A stretch of 59,339 bases of DNA, counting the filler. It is 9 parts of 9 records of this genome, joined end to end, with 100 filler letters (N's around TTAATTAATTAA, not from the genome) between each part and the next. Parts side by side here need not be neighbours in the genome. Positions count along the whole stretch, not along the records: positions 18,404 to 23,453 come from SRR31156797_100538; positions 23,554 to 28,644 come from SRR31156797_100570; positions 28,745 to 35,404 come from SRR31156797_100802; 6 more parts are not named here. The stretch is one strand, 5' to 3'. The notes beneath the pieces were generated by a model. That model did not search any database, was not told the DNA's origin, and saw only the letters and a program-made list of their open reading frames with translations. Of this stretch, positions 20,783-30,145 are shown in pieces. Both the position numbers and the translations under genes were made by a program. Numbering within the stretch: the first letter of the stretch is position 1; each line of letters starts with the position of its first letter.

Positions 20783-20808
20783 CGATTCTGGCAGGGGGTT
20801 GGACCGAG

Positions 20809-21567
20809 ATGTCGATTGCGACCGTGTTGTTTGCGCTTTTGCTGTATGGTGCGTTCATCGTGCTGGTCGGCGGGTTGGCCTATAAGATCCGGGCCTATTT
20901 CAAGCTGCCCGTCCCGTTGAAGGTATTCACGGCGCCGGCCCCCAGGACACGCGGCGGCGCCATTTTCCGCGTCGCCCGCGAAGTGGCGTTGTTCGAAAGC
21001 CTGTTCAAATCCAACAAATGGATCTGGATTTTCGGCGCCCTGTTTCATGGCGCCTTGCTGGTCGTTCTGCTGACCCATCTTCGCTACTTCACACAGCCGG
21101 TCTGGTCGTGGGTGGCCTTGCTGGCGCCGATCGGCGAGTACGCCGGTCTTGCCCTGATCGCCGGCCTCGGCGGATTGTGGGCGCGGCGCCTGTTCGAGGA
21201 ACGCTCGCGCTACGTCTCGGGGCTGTCGGATCACCTGATGCTGGCGTTGCTGATGGGAATCGGGCTTTCCGGTCTGGCCATGCGTTACGTCGCCCACACC
21301 GATATCGTCGCGCTGAAAGCGTTCGCTCTCGGCCTGCTGCGGTTCGACTGGCAGCCCCTGCCGATGGACCTCTTCCTGCTGATCCATCTGTTGCTGGTGG
21401 CGGCGCTGATGATCGTGCTGCCGTTCAGCAAGCTGTTGCACATTCCGGGCGTCTTCTTCAGCCCGGCCCAAAACCAGGTGGACGACGCCCGCGAGCGGCG
21501 TCAACTCGCCGGCTGGAACGCGGGGCTTGATGCCACCCGCGAAACCCCGGCCGTGCACCGCGAGTAG
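20809..21567 (+). CDS. dsrM: DsrM, NarI-like cytochrome b membrane subunit
   Basis: Several transmembrane helices with His ligands; FESLFKSNKWIW, HLRYF, PFSKLLH; position between dsrC and dsrK. Confidence 0.92.
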   Translation: MSIATVLFALLLYGAFIVLVGGLAYKIRAYFKLPVPLKVFTAPAPRTRGGAIFRVAREVALFESLFKSNKWIWIFGALFHGALLVVLLTHLRYFTQPVWSWVALLAPIGEYAGLALIAGLGGLWARRLFEERSRYVSGLSDHLMLALLMGIGLSGLAMRYVAHTDIVALKAFALGLLRFDWQPLPMDLFLLIHLLLVAALMIVLPFSKLLHIPGVFFSPAQNQVDDARERRQLAGWNAGLDATRETPAVHRE

Positions 21568-21576
21568 GAGTCGATC

Positions 21577-23073
21577 GTGGCCGAAAAAAATTACGACATC
21601 CCGGTTCTTGAAGAGAATCTGGCAACGCCGAACCTGAAGCCCGGTGCGATGGGCCATGTCCGCAGCCATCCGGCCAAACCCGAACTGCAGCATGCGCTGG
21701 GCTATCCCGGCGAATTGGTCGATGATTGGGAGGAAAAGGCGGTCGCCAAGCTGGGCGAGTTGCTCGAGCAACACCGCTCGCTGAGGATCTATCTCGACGC
21801 CTGCGTCAAATGCGGCGCCTGCACCGACAAGTGCCAGTTCTTCCTGGGTTCCGGCGATCCCAAGAACATGCCGGTGGCGCGCCAGGATCTGCTGCGCCAA
21901 GTCTATCGCAAATACTTCACAGCCGGCGGCAAGATCGCCCCGGATGTGGTCGGCGCCAAGCCGCTGACGAAGGAAATGCTGGACGAATGGTGGGTCTATT
22001 ACCACCAGTGTTCGCAATGCCGGCGCTGTTCCTTCTATTGTCCCTACGGCATCGACACGGCCGAAATTTCGATGGCCGCGCGCGAGATCATGAACGTCAT
22101 CGGCATGGGCCAGAAATACACCAACGAGGTGGTGCTGAAGGCCCATGAGATCGGCAACAACCTGGGCCTGAACGCGGCCGCGCTCAAGAACACGGTCGAG
22201 GGCCTGGAAGAGGACATCGAGGACGATTTCGGCGTAACCGTGCGCATGCCGGTCGACGAGGAAGGCGCCGACGTTCTGTTCGTGACGCCTTCGGCCGATT
22301 TCTTCGCCGAGCCGCAGGTCGACGGCATGATCGGATATGCCAAGGTCTTCCATCAGGCCGGGCTGAGCTGGACGCTCAGCTCGTATGCCTCGGAAGCCGG
22401 CAACTTCGGCATGTTCAACGGGTCTTACGAGCACATGCAGAAGCTGTCCTATCGCATCACCAAGGCGGCAAAGGAGCTCGGCGTCAAGCGCATCATCATG
22501 GGCGAATGCGGCCACGCCTGGCGGGCCGCCTACAGCTTCCTGAACACGACCAGCGGGCCGTGGGATTTCCTCGACCCCGACTATCCGGTTCCCCAGCATA
22601 TCTGCGAATACACCTGGGACCTGATCAAGAAGGGCGGACTGGCGCTCGATCCAAGCGCCAACGACGACATGGTCGTGACCTTCCACGATTCGTGCAATCC
22701 GGCGCGCGCCGCCGGCATGGGCGGATATCCCGGCGGTCAGTTCGACCTTCCGCGCAATATCCTGACCTCGGTCTGCAACAATTTCGTCGAGATGGCGCCC
22801 GATACCATCCGCGAGAAGACCTTCTGCTGCGGTGGCGGCGGCGGCCTGTTGACCGAGGAACTGATGCAGGTGCGCATAGCCGGCATGACGCCGCGCATGC
22901 AGGCGCTGAAGCAGGTGATGGACGAACACGGGGTCACCCACATGGCCGCCATCTGCGCCATCTGCAAAAGCCAGTTCACCGGAGTCATGCCCCATATTGG
23001 CATGGACCCATACATGATTGTCAGCCTCCATCAACTGGTCAGCAACGCGATCCAGTTGGGGGCCAAGGAGTAA
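21577..23073 (+). CDS. dsrK: DsrK, HdrD-like Fe-S/CCG protein
   Basis: CVKCGACTDKC, CSQCRRCSFYCP, GECGH, FHDSCN, CCGGGGG, CAIC. Confidence 0.95.
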   Translation: MAEKNYDIPVLEENLATPNLKPGAMGHVRSHPAKPELQHALGYPGELVDDWEEKAVAKLGELLEQHRSLRIYLDACVKCGACTDKCQFFLGSGDPKNMPVARQDLLRQVYRKYFTAGGKIAPDVVGAKPLTKEMLDEWWVYYHQCSQCRRCSFYCPYGIDTAEISMAAREIMNVIGMGQKYTNEVVLKAHEIGNNLGLNAAALKNTVEGLEEDIEDDFGVTVRMPVDEEGADVLFVTPSADFFAEPQVDGMIGYAKVFHQAGLSWTLSSYASEAGNFGMFNGSYEHMQKLSYRITKAAKELGVKRIIMGECGHAWRAAYSFLNTTSGPWDFLDPDYPVPQHICEYTWDLIKKGGLALDPSANDDMVVTFHDSCNPARAAGMGGYPGGQFDLPRNILTSVCNNFVEMAPDTIREKTFCCGGGGGLLTEELMQVRIAGMTPRMQALKQVMDEHGVTHMAAICAICKSQFTGVMPHIGMDPYMIVSLHQLVSNAIQLGAKE

Positions 23074-23148
23074 TAAGAGCACGCCGCGCAAGCGCGGCCA
23101 GAACAACGCAGGCCGGAAACGGCCGCACCAGAGATTGGGAACGAAGCG

Positions 23149-23453
23149 ATGAACGAAAGCGCTCTTACCTACCGCCGCTACCAGGACGGAGATGATGCCT
23201 ACGGTGAACTGACCGAACGCATCTTCACCGCCGGGGGACGCAGCCCCAAATGCCCGACCTACGTTCATCGGACGCCGCCGTGCCAGGGGGCCTGTCCGTC
23301 CGGGCACGACATCCGGGCCTGGATGAACGTGGTGCGCGGCATCGACGCTCCGGCCGAAGGCATGAGCTGGCAGGAAGACGTCTTCTGGAAGATGGTCGAC
23401 GCCAACCCCTTCCCGGCCCTGATGGGCCGTACCTGCCCCGCCCTGTGCCAGGA
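23149..23453 (+). CDS. dsrL: DsrL Fe-S flavoprotein (3' truncated)
   Basis: LTYRRY..KCPTYVHRTPPCQGACPSGHDIR..NPFPALMGRTCPA, directly after dsrK. Confidence 0.88.
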
Positions 23454-23553
23454 NNNNNNNNNNNNNNNNNNNNNNNNNNNNNNNNNNNNNNNNNNNNTTA
23501 ATTAATTAANNNNNNNNNNNNNNNNNNNNNNNNNNNNNNNNNNNNNNNNNNNN
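23454..23553. other. Artificial contig linker
   Basis: N-run + TTAATTAATTAA + N-run. Confidence 0.99.
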
Positions 23554-23816
23554 AGGTAGTAGGTGCCGATGGCGACGATCAGGACGATCGGCAGGCGCAT
23601 GGATTTTTTCGGTGCCGCCGTTTCGCCCGGCCCCGCCCTTCGCATCGAACCGCTTATCCCGACGACGATCGACAGCACGATGATGATGCCGATGATGGCC
23701 TGCGGATAGACCGCGGGATCGCGGTACACCGCTTCCTGATCGGGAAACGACAGGGTCGATACGAAGCAGACGATGGCGAATGCCATGCAAAAAACGGCAA
23801 GTATCCAGTTTCTCAC
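23554..23816 (-). CDS. Tripartite tricarboxylate transporter small subunit, TctB-like (3' truncated)
   Basis: GTG start with AAGGGA RBS; TM - DPAVYP - TM architecture typical of TctB. Confidence 0.65.
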
Positions 23817-23857
23817 GGTGTTCCCTTTAGACCGGCCGCTTGGCGGCGCACTAGTTT

Positions 23858-24577
23858 TCAAGACGGCATCGGTGCCGGCAGGTTTTCGAGCTTGGAATAG
23901 TTGTCGACGCACGATTGCTTTGCCACCTCGCAGTGCCGTCGCATCGCTTCGGCGGCGCCCGAGGGATCGCGCGCCATCAATCTTTCGACGATTTCCTCGT
24001 GTTCGCTCAGGCCCTGGAAGCGCTGCCCGGGCAGCATCGTCGTGATCGACATGCACTGCCGGATCTTCAACTGGATCGGCTGCATGGTCTGCAGCAGCAA
24101 TCGGTTTTCGGCCAGGACCATGATAGTCGAATGAAGCGTGTCGTTGTAGGCGGCGTAGCGTTCGTGGTCCCCGTCCTGGGCGCTACGGCGCCCGTCGCTT
24201 TGCAGGGCGGAAAGCCGCTCCAGGTCGGCCTTGGTGGCCTTCGTCGCCACCTGCCCCGCGGCGAAGGATTCCAGCGCCCCGCGAACGTCGTACAGCTCCG
24301 CCACCTCGCGCAGGGAGAAACGGGCGACGCGCGGCCTTTTCTGCGCCTCGCGAATGACCAGGCCGTCGGAAGCCAGGCGCAGGAGCGCCTCGCGAACCGG
24401 GGTGACGCTGACGCGCAAATGCTCGGCAAGCCGGACCTCGTTCATGATCTCGCCGGGCCGGATTTTAAGCCCGACAATCGCCGCCAGCAGATGCTGGTAC
24501 ACCGTTTCCGCCAGGCTCCGGCGATCGGACACCGGCGCCAGATCGGCAAATTCGTTATCGGCGGATACGGTGTTCAT
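23858..24577 (-). CDS. GntR-family (FCD) transcriptional regulator
   Basis: SLAETVY..LAEHLRVSVTPVREAL HTH; ELYDVRGALE; NDTLH..EHEEI..H FCD motifs. Confidence 0.9.
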   Translation of the reverse strand: MNTVSADNEFADLAPVSDRRSLAETVYQHLLAAIVGLKIRPGEIMNEVRLAEHLRVSVTPVREALLRLASDGLVIREAQKRPRVARFSLREVAELYDVRGALESFAAGQVATKATKADLERLSALQSDGRRSAQDGDHERYAAYNDTLHSTIMVLAENRLLLQTMQPIQLKIRQCMSITTMLPGQRFQGLSEHEEIVERLMARDPSGAAEAMRRHCEVAKQSCVDNYSKLENLPAPMPS

Positions 24578-24622
24578 GCGGTGCCCTCGGGAATAATCCA
24601 AACACGACAAACCGGATTGCGT

Positions 24623-24663
24623 CTATAAACTATAATCTATATATTTTTGAAAAGCGATGTCAA
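24623..24663 (-). promoter_or_regulatory. Sigma70-type promoter of gntR overlapped by three CTATAWW heptamers
   Basis: Minus-strand TTGACA (24663-24658), 18 nt, TAGATT. Plus-strand CTATAAA-CTATAAT-CTATATA at 24623-24643. Confidence 0.5.
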
Positions 24664-24738
24664 GGACGGCACGTCCTCCGGGGCCGGCGATGTTGCGGTC
24701 GATGGCAGCCGAAAAGAAAGTATTAGGAGAAGCGACAA

Positions 24739-25176
24739 ATGTTCACGCACGAAGGCAAAGAAAAACGTGTTGCCATCGTCCGATTCGAACCGGACGAGGA
24801 CATACTGATTGAACTGCGCAAGGCGGTGAGCGATCTCGGAATCACCCATGGCGTGATCCTCGGCGGGCTCGGCGCGGTCAAAAGTTACGGTTTGCACGTG
24901 GTCAAGACGACGAACATTCCGCCCGGCAACATTTTCGCCTGGCAGGACAACCTGCCCTACGACATCGTGACGCTGACCGGATACATCATGGACGGGCGGG
25001 TCCACGCCCATGTCAGCCTGGCCAACCACGAACGCGTCATCGGCGGACACCTGGAAGAGGGCATGAAGGTCCTCAACATCGGCATGGCGACGGTAATGGA
25101 ACTGGACGGCGTCGATTTGACCGACATGGACCGCTATTCCATACCCGACGGCGCCCCGACACGACGCCCGCAATAG
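24739..25176 (+). CDS. PPC/DUF296 domain protein
   Basis: RFEPDEDI..GLGAV..TLTG..HAHVSL..IGGHL. AGGAG RBS. Confidence 0.85.
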   Translation: MFTHEGKEKRVAIVRFEPDEDILIELRKAVSDLGITHGVILGGLGAVKSYGLHVVKTTNIPPGNIFAWQDNLPYDIVTLTGYIMDGRVHAHVSLANHERVIGGHLEEGMKVLNIGMATVMELDGVDLTDMDRYSIPDGAPTRRPQ

Positions 25177-25349
25177 ACACGACGCCCCCGACACACACCG
25201 CGTCGCCAAGCCCTCCTGCCGGCCGGCCGCCCCGGAAGCTGGCCGGTGGCAAGGAAGGCCGTCCGAACCGCCGGTTCATTGCCGCCGCATCGGGCGCCGG
25301 CGGCAACCCGATCGGCCCCGCCCGGGGCAGCTCCCGGCCCGTTTCCGGT

Positions 25350-26111
25350 TCAGCCCCCGAACACCTTCTGCAGCAGTTCGGTGGTGCGTTTCGCCGGGTT
25401 TTCGCGGATTGCCGCTTCTTCCCGGCCGAGGTATAGGAACACCCCGTCGATCGCCTTTTCGAGCACGTAACCGGTCAGGTCGGCCTTGACGTCGGGCACG
25501 AAGGGGACCGACTTGTACTGGCCCATCATGTCGTCGTAGGCGGCAACCGCGCCGACCTCGGCCAACTGACCGTCGACGATCGGCTTCATGTCGGCGGCCA
25601 GGGGCGACGCCATCTTGGACCGGAAATACTGGGTCGCCGAATCCTTCGGCCCGTCGAGGATGCCCTTGGCGTCGTCGATGGTCATGCCGGTTATGGCGTC
25701 GTAGAAAAGCGTCTGCGCCTTCGGCACGGCGGCTTCGGCGGCGCGATTGAGGCGCAGTTCGAGATCGTCGGCAAGGCCGCTCATGCCGACCTTGGCCAGC
25801 ACCGACTGCACGGACTTGAGGGTATCGGGCAGCGGAATGTGGACGTCCGGCACGCCGTTGAAACCGTCGGCGCGGCCGAGGCTGCCGACCACCCTTTCCG
25901 ATCCCACCCGCAGGGCATCGCGCAGGCCGCCGATGATCTCATCGCTGGTCAGCGCCGAAACACCCATCGACGATGAGGCGGAACCGCCGCCACCCAAACC
26001 CTGCAACATCTCCTTGCCGCGGTCGAGGAAGCTTTGGCTTTGCGCCGGACCGGCCATCAGGACCAGGCCGAGCGCGGCCGCCGTAACGGCGGATTTCGAG
26101 AAGGTAAGCAT
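25350..26111 (-). CDS. DUF4197 family exported protein
   Basis: Signal peptide; GLRDAL..IPLP..LNRAAE.A..SATQYF..EEAAIRENPAKRTTELLQKVFG. Start is approximate. Confidence 0.85.
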   Translation of the reverse strand: MLTFSKSAVTAAALGLVLMAGPAQSQSFLDRGKEMLQGLGGGGSASSSMGVSALTSDEIIGGLRDALRVGSERVVGSLGRADGFNGVPDVHIPLPDTLKSVQSVLAKVGMSGLADDLELRLNRAAEAAVPKAQTLFYDAITGMTIDDAKGILDGPKDSATQYFRSKMASPLAADMKPIVDGQLAEVGAVAAYDDMMGQYKSVPFVPDVKADLTGYVLEKAIDGVFLYLGREEAAIRENPAKRTTELLQKVFGG

Positions 26112-26362
26112 GTTCATATCCTTGATTGGCGTAAAAAATCGCAAGGCTTGTTTCCCTTATTTATTTTATCAGACCATTGGCGGCGGATGCGAACATCCCT
26201 ATGTGGGGAGGGGCGGCGGCCAAACCAAGATCTTTGGCCGCCTACCCGCGCAAGGCCCTTGGAAAGTCGTCTCGATATGGCATTATCGGGGCCGATCGGA
26301 ATCGGTGCAGGGCCGTATGGGCGCCAACGCTTTGTGCCGGTCACAGCTTGAAAGGATTGCAG

Positions 26363-26704
26363 ATGTCGAAAACGCCCAAACCCGCATCGGAATCGGAACG
26401 GGAGTGGTTCGCCAAGAACGAGCGGGAAATGCTCGAAAAAGCGCAGAAGGAGCGCGAAGAGCGCCTCAAGCAAAGGGAAGCCGAAGAATCGACGAAGGCT
26501 TTGGAAGCCCTGAAGGCTGCCCATTGGCTGAAATGCCCTAAATGCGGACACGACATGAAAATCGAGAACATCGAGGGGATCGAGATCGAGGAGTGTACGT
26601 TCTGCGAAGGGGTTTATTTCGACCGCGGCGAACTCGATTCATTGATGATGCGAAGGTCCGAACAGCGGTTCAAATTCCTCCGGTCCATATTCAACCTGAA
26701 ATGA
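26363..26704 (+). CDS. zf-TFIIB-type zinc-ribbon protein
   Basis: Charged coiled coil, then CPKCG..CTFCEGVYFDRGEL. AAGGA RBS. Confidence 0.8.
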   Translation: MSKTPKPASESEREWFAKNEREMLEKAQKEREERLKQREAEESTKALEALKAAHWLKCPKCGHDMKIENIEGIEIEECTFCEGVYFDRGELDSLMMRRSEQRFKFLRSIFNLK

Positions 26705-27392
26705 AGGCAGGCCGATCGCCGGGACCGGCCAACGACGGCGGCGGCGGAGACCCCCGCGCCCTTTAGGCGGAGCCGGAAAAATGACGATTTTCCGGCCTTG
26801 CGAAAATAGCGCAAAGGCCCGGTGCGCCTGGGTTTGCGCGGGCCTGCACGAATAAAAACTCGTCTAAACTCGTCCTTGATCGTCATTTTTGCTAATTCGT
26901 CTTTAATTTCAATGCATTGGCTCGACGATGCGCATGCCGTTCCCCGGCACCGATGCGATCACCTAAAACCCCGAACCGAGACCCGGCCGCGCCTAGAGCG
27001 CGCGCCCCAAGTCGGCCATCCATCCCTATTCACCCTGTCAAAGAACAATGGATAGGAATATTTCACCGTGTAAAGGAATTTGCAACCTTTTTGAAGAGAG
27101 AGGCACGAGCAAAATCGCCGGATCGGCTAGTAACATTTAACCGAAGATGGCCGCCGTGACGGCGACTACGAAACCCATCGGCTCGTGTCAATCTCTGCTG
27201 TCGGCCGAACCTATATCGCGCCTTCGACGCATCATCCCAGACGACCGCTTCTAACCCGTTGTGGTCGTCCAATCGCAACAGATCTATTGAACGGCCCGCA
27301 TTCTGTATCACTATGTTGCGTATCTAGCGTCATTTCATCTCCGACTGGTAGTATTCAGCAAAAGGAACGGGCGAGCGTTCGGAGGACAGAAT

Positions 27393-27734
27393 ATGACTTA
27401 TGGTGAAATACTTGGCATGACCGCAAACTGGGCTGCGATTCTTACCGCGGTCGTTGCTTCGGTTGCTTATGGGCGGTTTCTCAATGCGCAATGCTCTCAA
27501 AGACGAGCACTTGAGAGACACCTCCGTGCCGAGAAGGAAAGAGGCGAGGACACTGGTCAGAGAACGGTAAAACATTTAATGGCGAGATTGTCGATGACTG
27601 AGGCTGAAGTGCTTGGAACTGCATTTCGAAGCAAGAAGATAAATCCAGTGGTAGGTGTGGACGAGAGGGGACGCGCCGATACAATTTTATTTGAGTACAT
27701 TGGAGACGACTTACCGCTTCCAAAAAAATTCTAG
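27393..27734 (+). CDS. Hypothetical protein with one N-terminal TM helix
   Basis: GGAGG RBS; 113 aa; visibly AT-richer than the upstream genes. Confidence 0.6.
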   Translation: MTYGEILGMTANWAAILTAVVASVAYGRFLNAQCSQRRALERHLRAEKERGEDTGQRTVKHLMARLSMTEAEVLGTAFRSKKINPVVGVDERGRADTILFEYIGDDLPLPKKF

Positions 27735-27869
27735 GTGCGAGGATAATCCATCCTAACCATTTGATCTGACGATAGCGATCGACCTGTTGCGAACGTTTGG
27801 GCTTTCTGCGGCGAACGTTTGTTCCTGGCACAAAACGGGCAATATCCACCGCTCCACCCTCTCAATTGA

Positions 27870-27906
27870 TACCCCCCGCCTTCCCCCGTCGAGGGGAACG
27901 GGGGTA
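27870..27906. repeat. REP-like palindrome
   Basis: TACCCCCCG-CC-TTCCCC-CGTCGA-GGGGAA-CGGGGGTA imperfect hairpin. Confidence 0.5.
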
Positions 27907-28162
27907 AGAGGTATCCGCAAACGGTCGTCGGCTCATAATTCTATCGGACCACCGAACGCCAATCGGTTTTTTACTGACGGGACAGGACCTTAATTTGCTA
28001 TAACTCTTTGATATATTTATGTTTTTTATATTATAGAGATCAAATGCCGTCGGAATTGTCGTATCATTTTCAGGACCAACCCATATAATGGATCCGGCAA
28101 TCACACGATTGACGGAATAAGCCGGACGACGACTTAAACGGGCGGGCGAAAGAACCACTATC

Positions 28163-28644
28163 GTGGCCAGACCACCGAAACCGAACGGCACCGATGATGC
28201 CGGCCGCAAGCCCGACGCAAAGGGCGGCGACGGCCGGGCGAAGTTCTACGTACCGACGGATCGCGGCTACAAGGAATCCGCGTTCGACGACTTCGGCCAT
28301 GCAAGGCGCAAGGCAGGCGTGCGCCCGCACAAAATCGTCCAGGTAAATCAGGCAAAAACCGGCGCGGCATTGCCCGACAAAGAACCTGCGGGCCGGCCGG
28401 GAAGCGGCACTTCCGGTCCCGATTGGGTCGACGGCCCCACCAAGGCAAGCGGCATTGGGCCTGAGTGGACCGAGGATGCCGCCAAGCAACGCGGTACCGG
28501 GCCTGAGTGGGCGGACGATCCCACCAAGGAGCACAAGGCTGGGCCCGACTGGGCCGAGGATGCCGCCAAGGAGCATAAGGCCGGGCCCGAGTGGGCCGAG
28601 GAGCCTGCCAAGCCGCGCAAGACCGGTCCCGAGTGGGCCAACGG
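28163..28644 (+). CDS. Disordered protein with 14-aa GP[DE]W tandem repeats (3' truncated)
   Basis: GTG start; open frame to the contig end; the repeats keep frame. Confidence 0.6.
28415..28644 (+). repeat. 42-bp coding tandem repeat, at least 5.5 units
   Basis: Units start at 28415, 28457, 28499, 28541, 28583 and 28625, each beginning GGKCCYGAnTGG. Confidence 0.9.
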
Positions 28645-28744
28645 NNNNNNNNNNNNNNNNNNNNNNNNNNNNNNNNNNNNNNNNNNNNTTAATTAATTAA
28701 NNNNNNNNNNNNNNNNNNNNNNNNNNNNNNNNNNNNNNNNNNNN
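28645..28744. other. Artificial contig linker
   Basis: N-run + TTAATTAATTAA + N-run. Confidence 0.99.
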
Positions 28745-29419
28745 CAGCATCATCATACCCATGGCCAGCAGCACCGAGGCGACCACCATGTCGATGACAA
28801 GAAAGGGCACATAGAGAACGAACCCGATAATGAACGCGGTCTTGAGCTCACTGATCACATAGGCGGGGATGAGGAGCAGCAGGGAGACATCCTCCCGGGC
28901 GTTGGGCTTGTCAACCCGGGCCCCCTTGACAAACAGGGCGATGTCCGCCTCCCGGGTGTTTGTCAGCAGGAACTTGCGGATGGGCACCTGGGCCGTTTCA
29001 AAGGCTTCCTGATAGTTGATCTCCCCTTCCAGGTAGGGATTGAGGGAGGTCCGGTAGACATCCTGGGCAACGGGCTTGATGATGAAAAAGGTCAAAAAGA
29101 GGGCCAGACCCACCACCACCTGGTTTGGGGGACTGGACTGGGTGCCGATGGCCTGCCGTAAAAAATGGAACACCACAATGATCCGGGTGAACGGGGTCAT
29201 GAGGATCAGAATGGCCGGCGCCAGGGCAAGGATGGTCACCAGGGCGATGATCTCGAGGACAACGGCCACGTCCTCCGGTCCCTGGGCCTGCTCGATGCCG
29301 ATTTTCAAGGAAGGAATGGGAAAGGTAACAGCCTGGGCCATCTCGGGCACCACCATGAGACAGAGCAGGCAAACGACAAACAAACCGGAAATTTTCCGGT
29401 CAAGGAATCTAGGCGCCAT
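28745..29419 (-). CDS. fliP: Flagellar export protein FliP (3' truncated)
   Basis: LAPAILILMTPFTRI..RQAIGTQSSPPNQV..SELKTAF..PFLVIDMVVASVLLAMGMMML. Confidence 0.95.
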
Positions 29420-29786
29420 GGTCATCCCCCATGTCCCGGGTACGGTCCACACTCTCCTGCAACAGGTCCGGAAACCCTTTACCGTCATCGGTTTCAGCCA
29501 CAGGTTCCTGTGCCTTTCCGTCAAAGGTGGCAAGGGAGCTGATGGCCTGGGAGGTAACCCCCAGCAAAATTTTCCGGTCCAGCACATCCACCAGCACCAG
29601 CTTCTCCTTTGGGGAGAGATGGTGCACCGCTGCCACCCGGATATCCTCTTTACCCTTACCGCCTCCCCGAATGGAGGTAAACCGCCTCACCACATAGAGA
29701 AGAAGCACAAGTGCGGCAATGACAACACCGAGCATCACCGCACTTTTCAAAAACGCCCCCCACATTTCAGACGAGGCTTCCATCAC
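29409..29786 (-). CDS. fliO: Flagellar protein FliO
   Basis: Single TM, then LSPKEKLVLVDV..ILLGVT; lies between fliN and fliP. Confidence 0.85.
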   Translation of the reverse strand: MMEASSEMWGAFLKSAVMLGVVIAALVLLLYVVRRFTSIRGGGKGKEDIRVAAVHHLSPKEKLVLVDVLDRKILLGVTSQAISSLATFDGKAQEPVAETDDGKGFPDLLQESVDRTRDMGDDHGA

Positions 29787-30142
29787 TCAGCAAGACTCTT
29801 GACCCGGTCCATGGGCGTGATGATATCGGTGAGACGGACGCCAAACTTCTCGTTAACCACCACCACCTCGCCCCGGGCGATAAGTTTCCGGTTGATGTAA
29901 ACCTCCAGGGGCTCGCCCGCAAGCTTGTTGAGCTCGACAATGGAGCCCTGGCCCAGCTGGAGCAGATCGTTCACGAGCATCCGCGTTTTGCCAAGCTCCA
30001 CGGAGAGTTCTAATGGGATGTCAAGGATGAAATCAAGGGTTCTCTCCTCCTGTTCCTGATCCTGCCCGCCCTCCTGTTCGAGGTTCTCGTTTTCCATTTC
30101 CTGATCACTGGTTGCTTCGCTGCTGTTCTCTTCCATAGTCAT
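29783..30142 (-). CDS. fliN: Flagellar motor switch protein FliN
   Basis: ILDIPLELSVELG..LNKLAGEPL..ARGEVVVVNEKFGVRL. Confidence 0.95.
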   Translation of the reverse strand: MTMEENSSEATSDQEMENENLEQEGGQDQEQEERTLDFILDIPLELSVELGKTRMLVNDLLQLGQGSIVELNKLAGEPLEVYINRKLIARGEVVVVNEKFGVRLTDIITPMDRVKSLAE

Positions 30143-30145
30143 TTC

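Noticed and set aside
20284..23307. 1007-aa minus-strand ORF
   Set aside because: Antisense shadow of high-GC dsrCMKL with no recognisable motifs. The same applies to most other overlapping track ORFs.
25158..25195. GACACGACGCCC duplicated around the PPC stop codon
   Set aside because: Two short copies in GC-rich sequence; no further structure.
28415..28644. 42-bp periodic repeat as a CRISPR array
   Set aside because: No invariant repeat with unique spacers; variation is codon-like and the period is a multiple of three.
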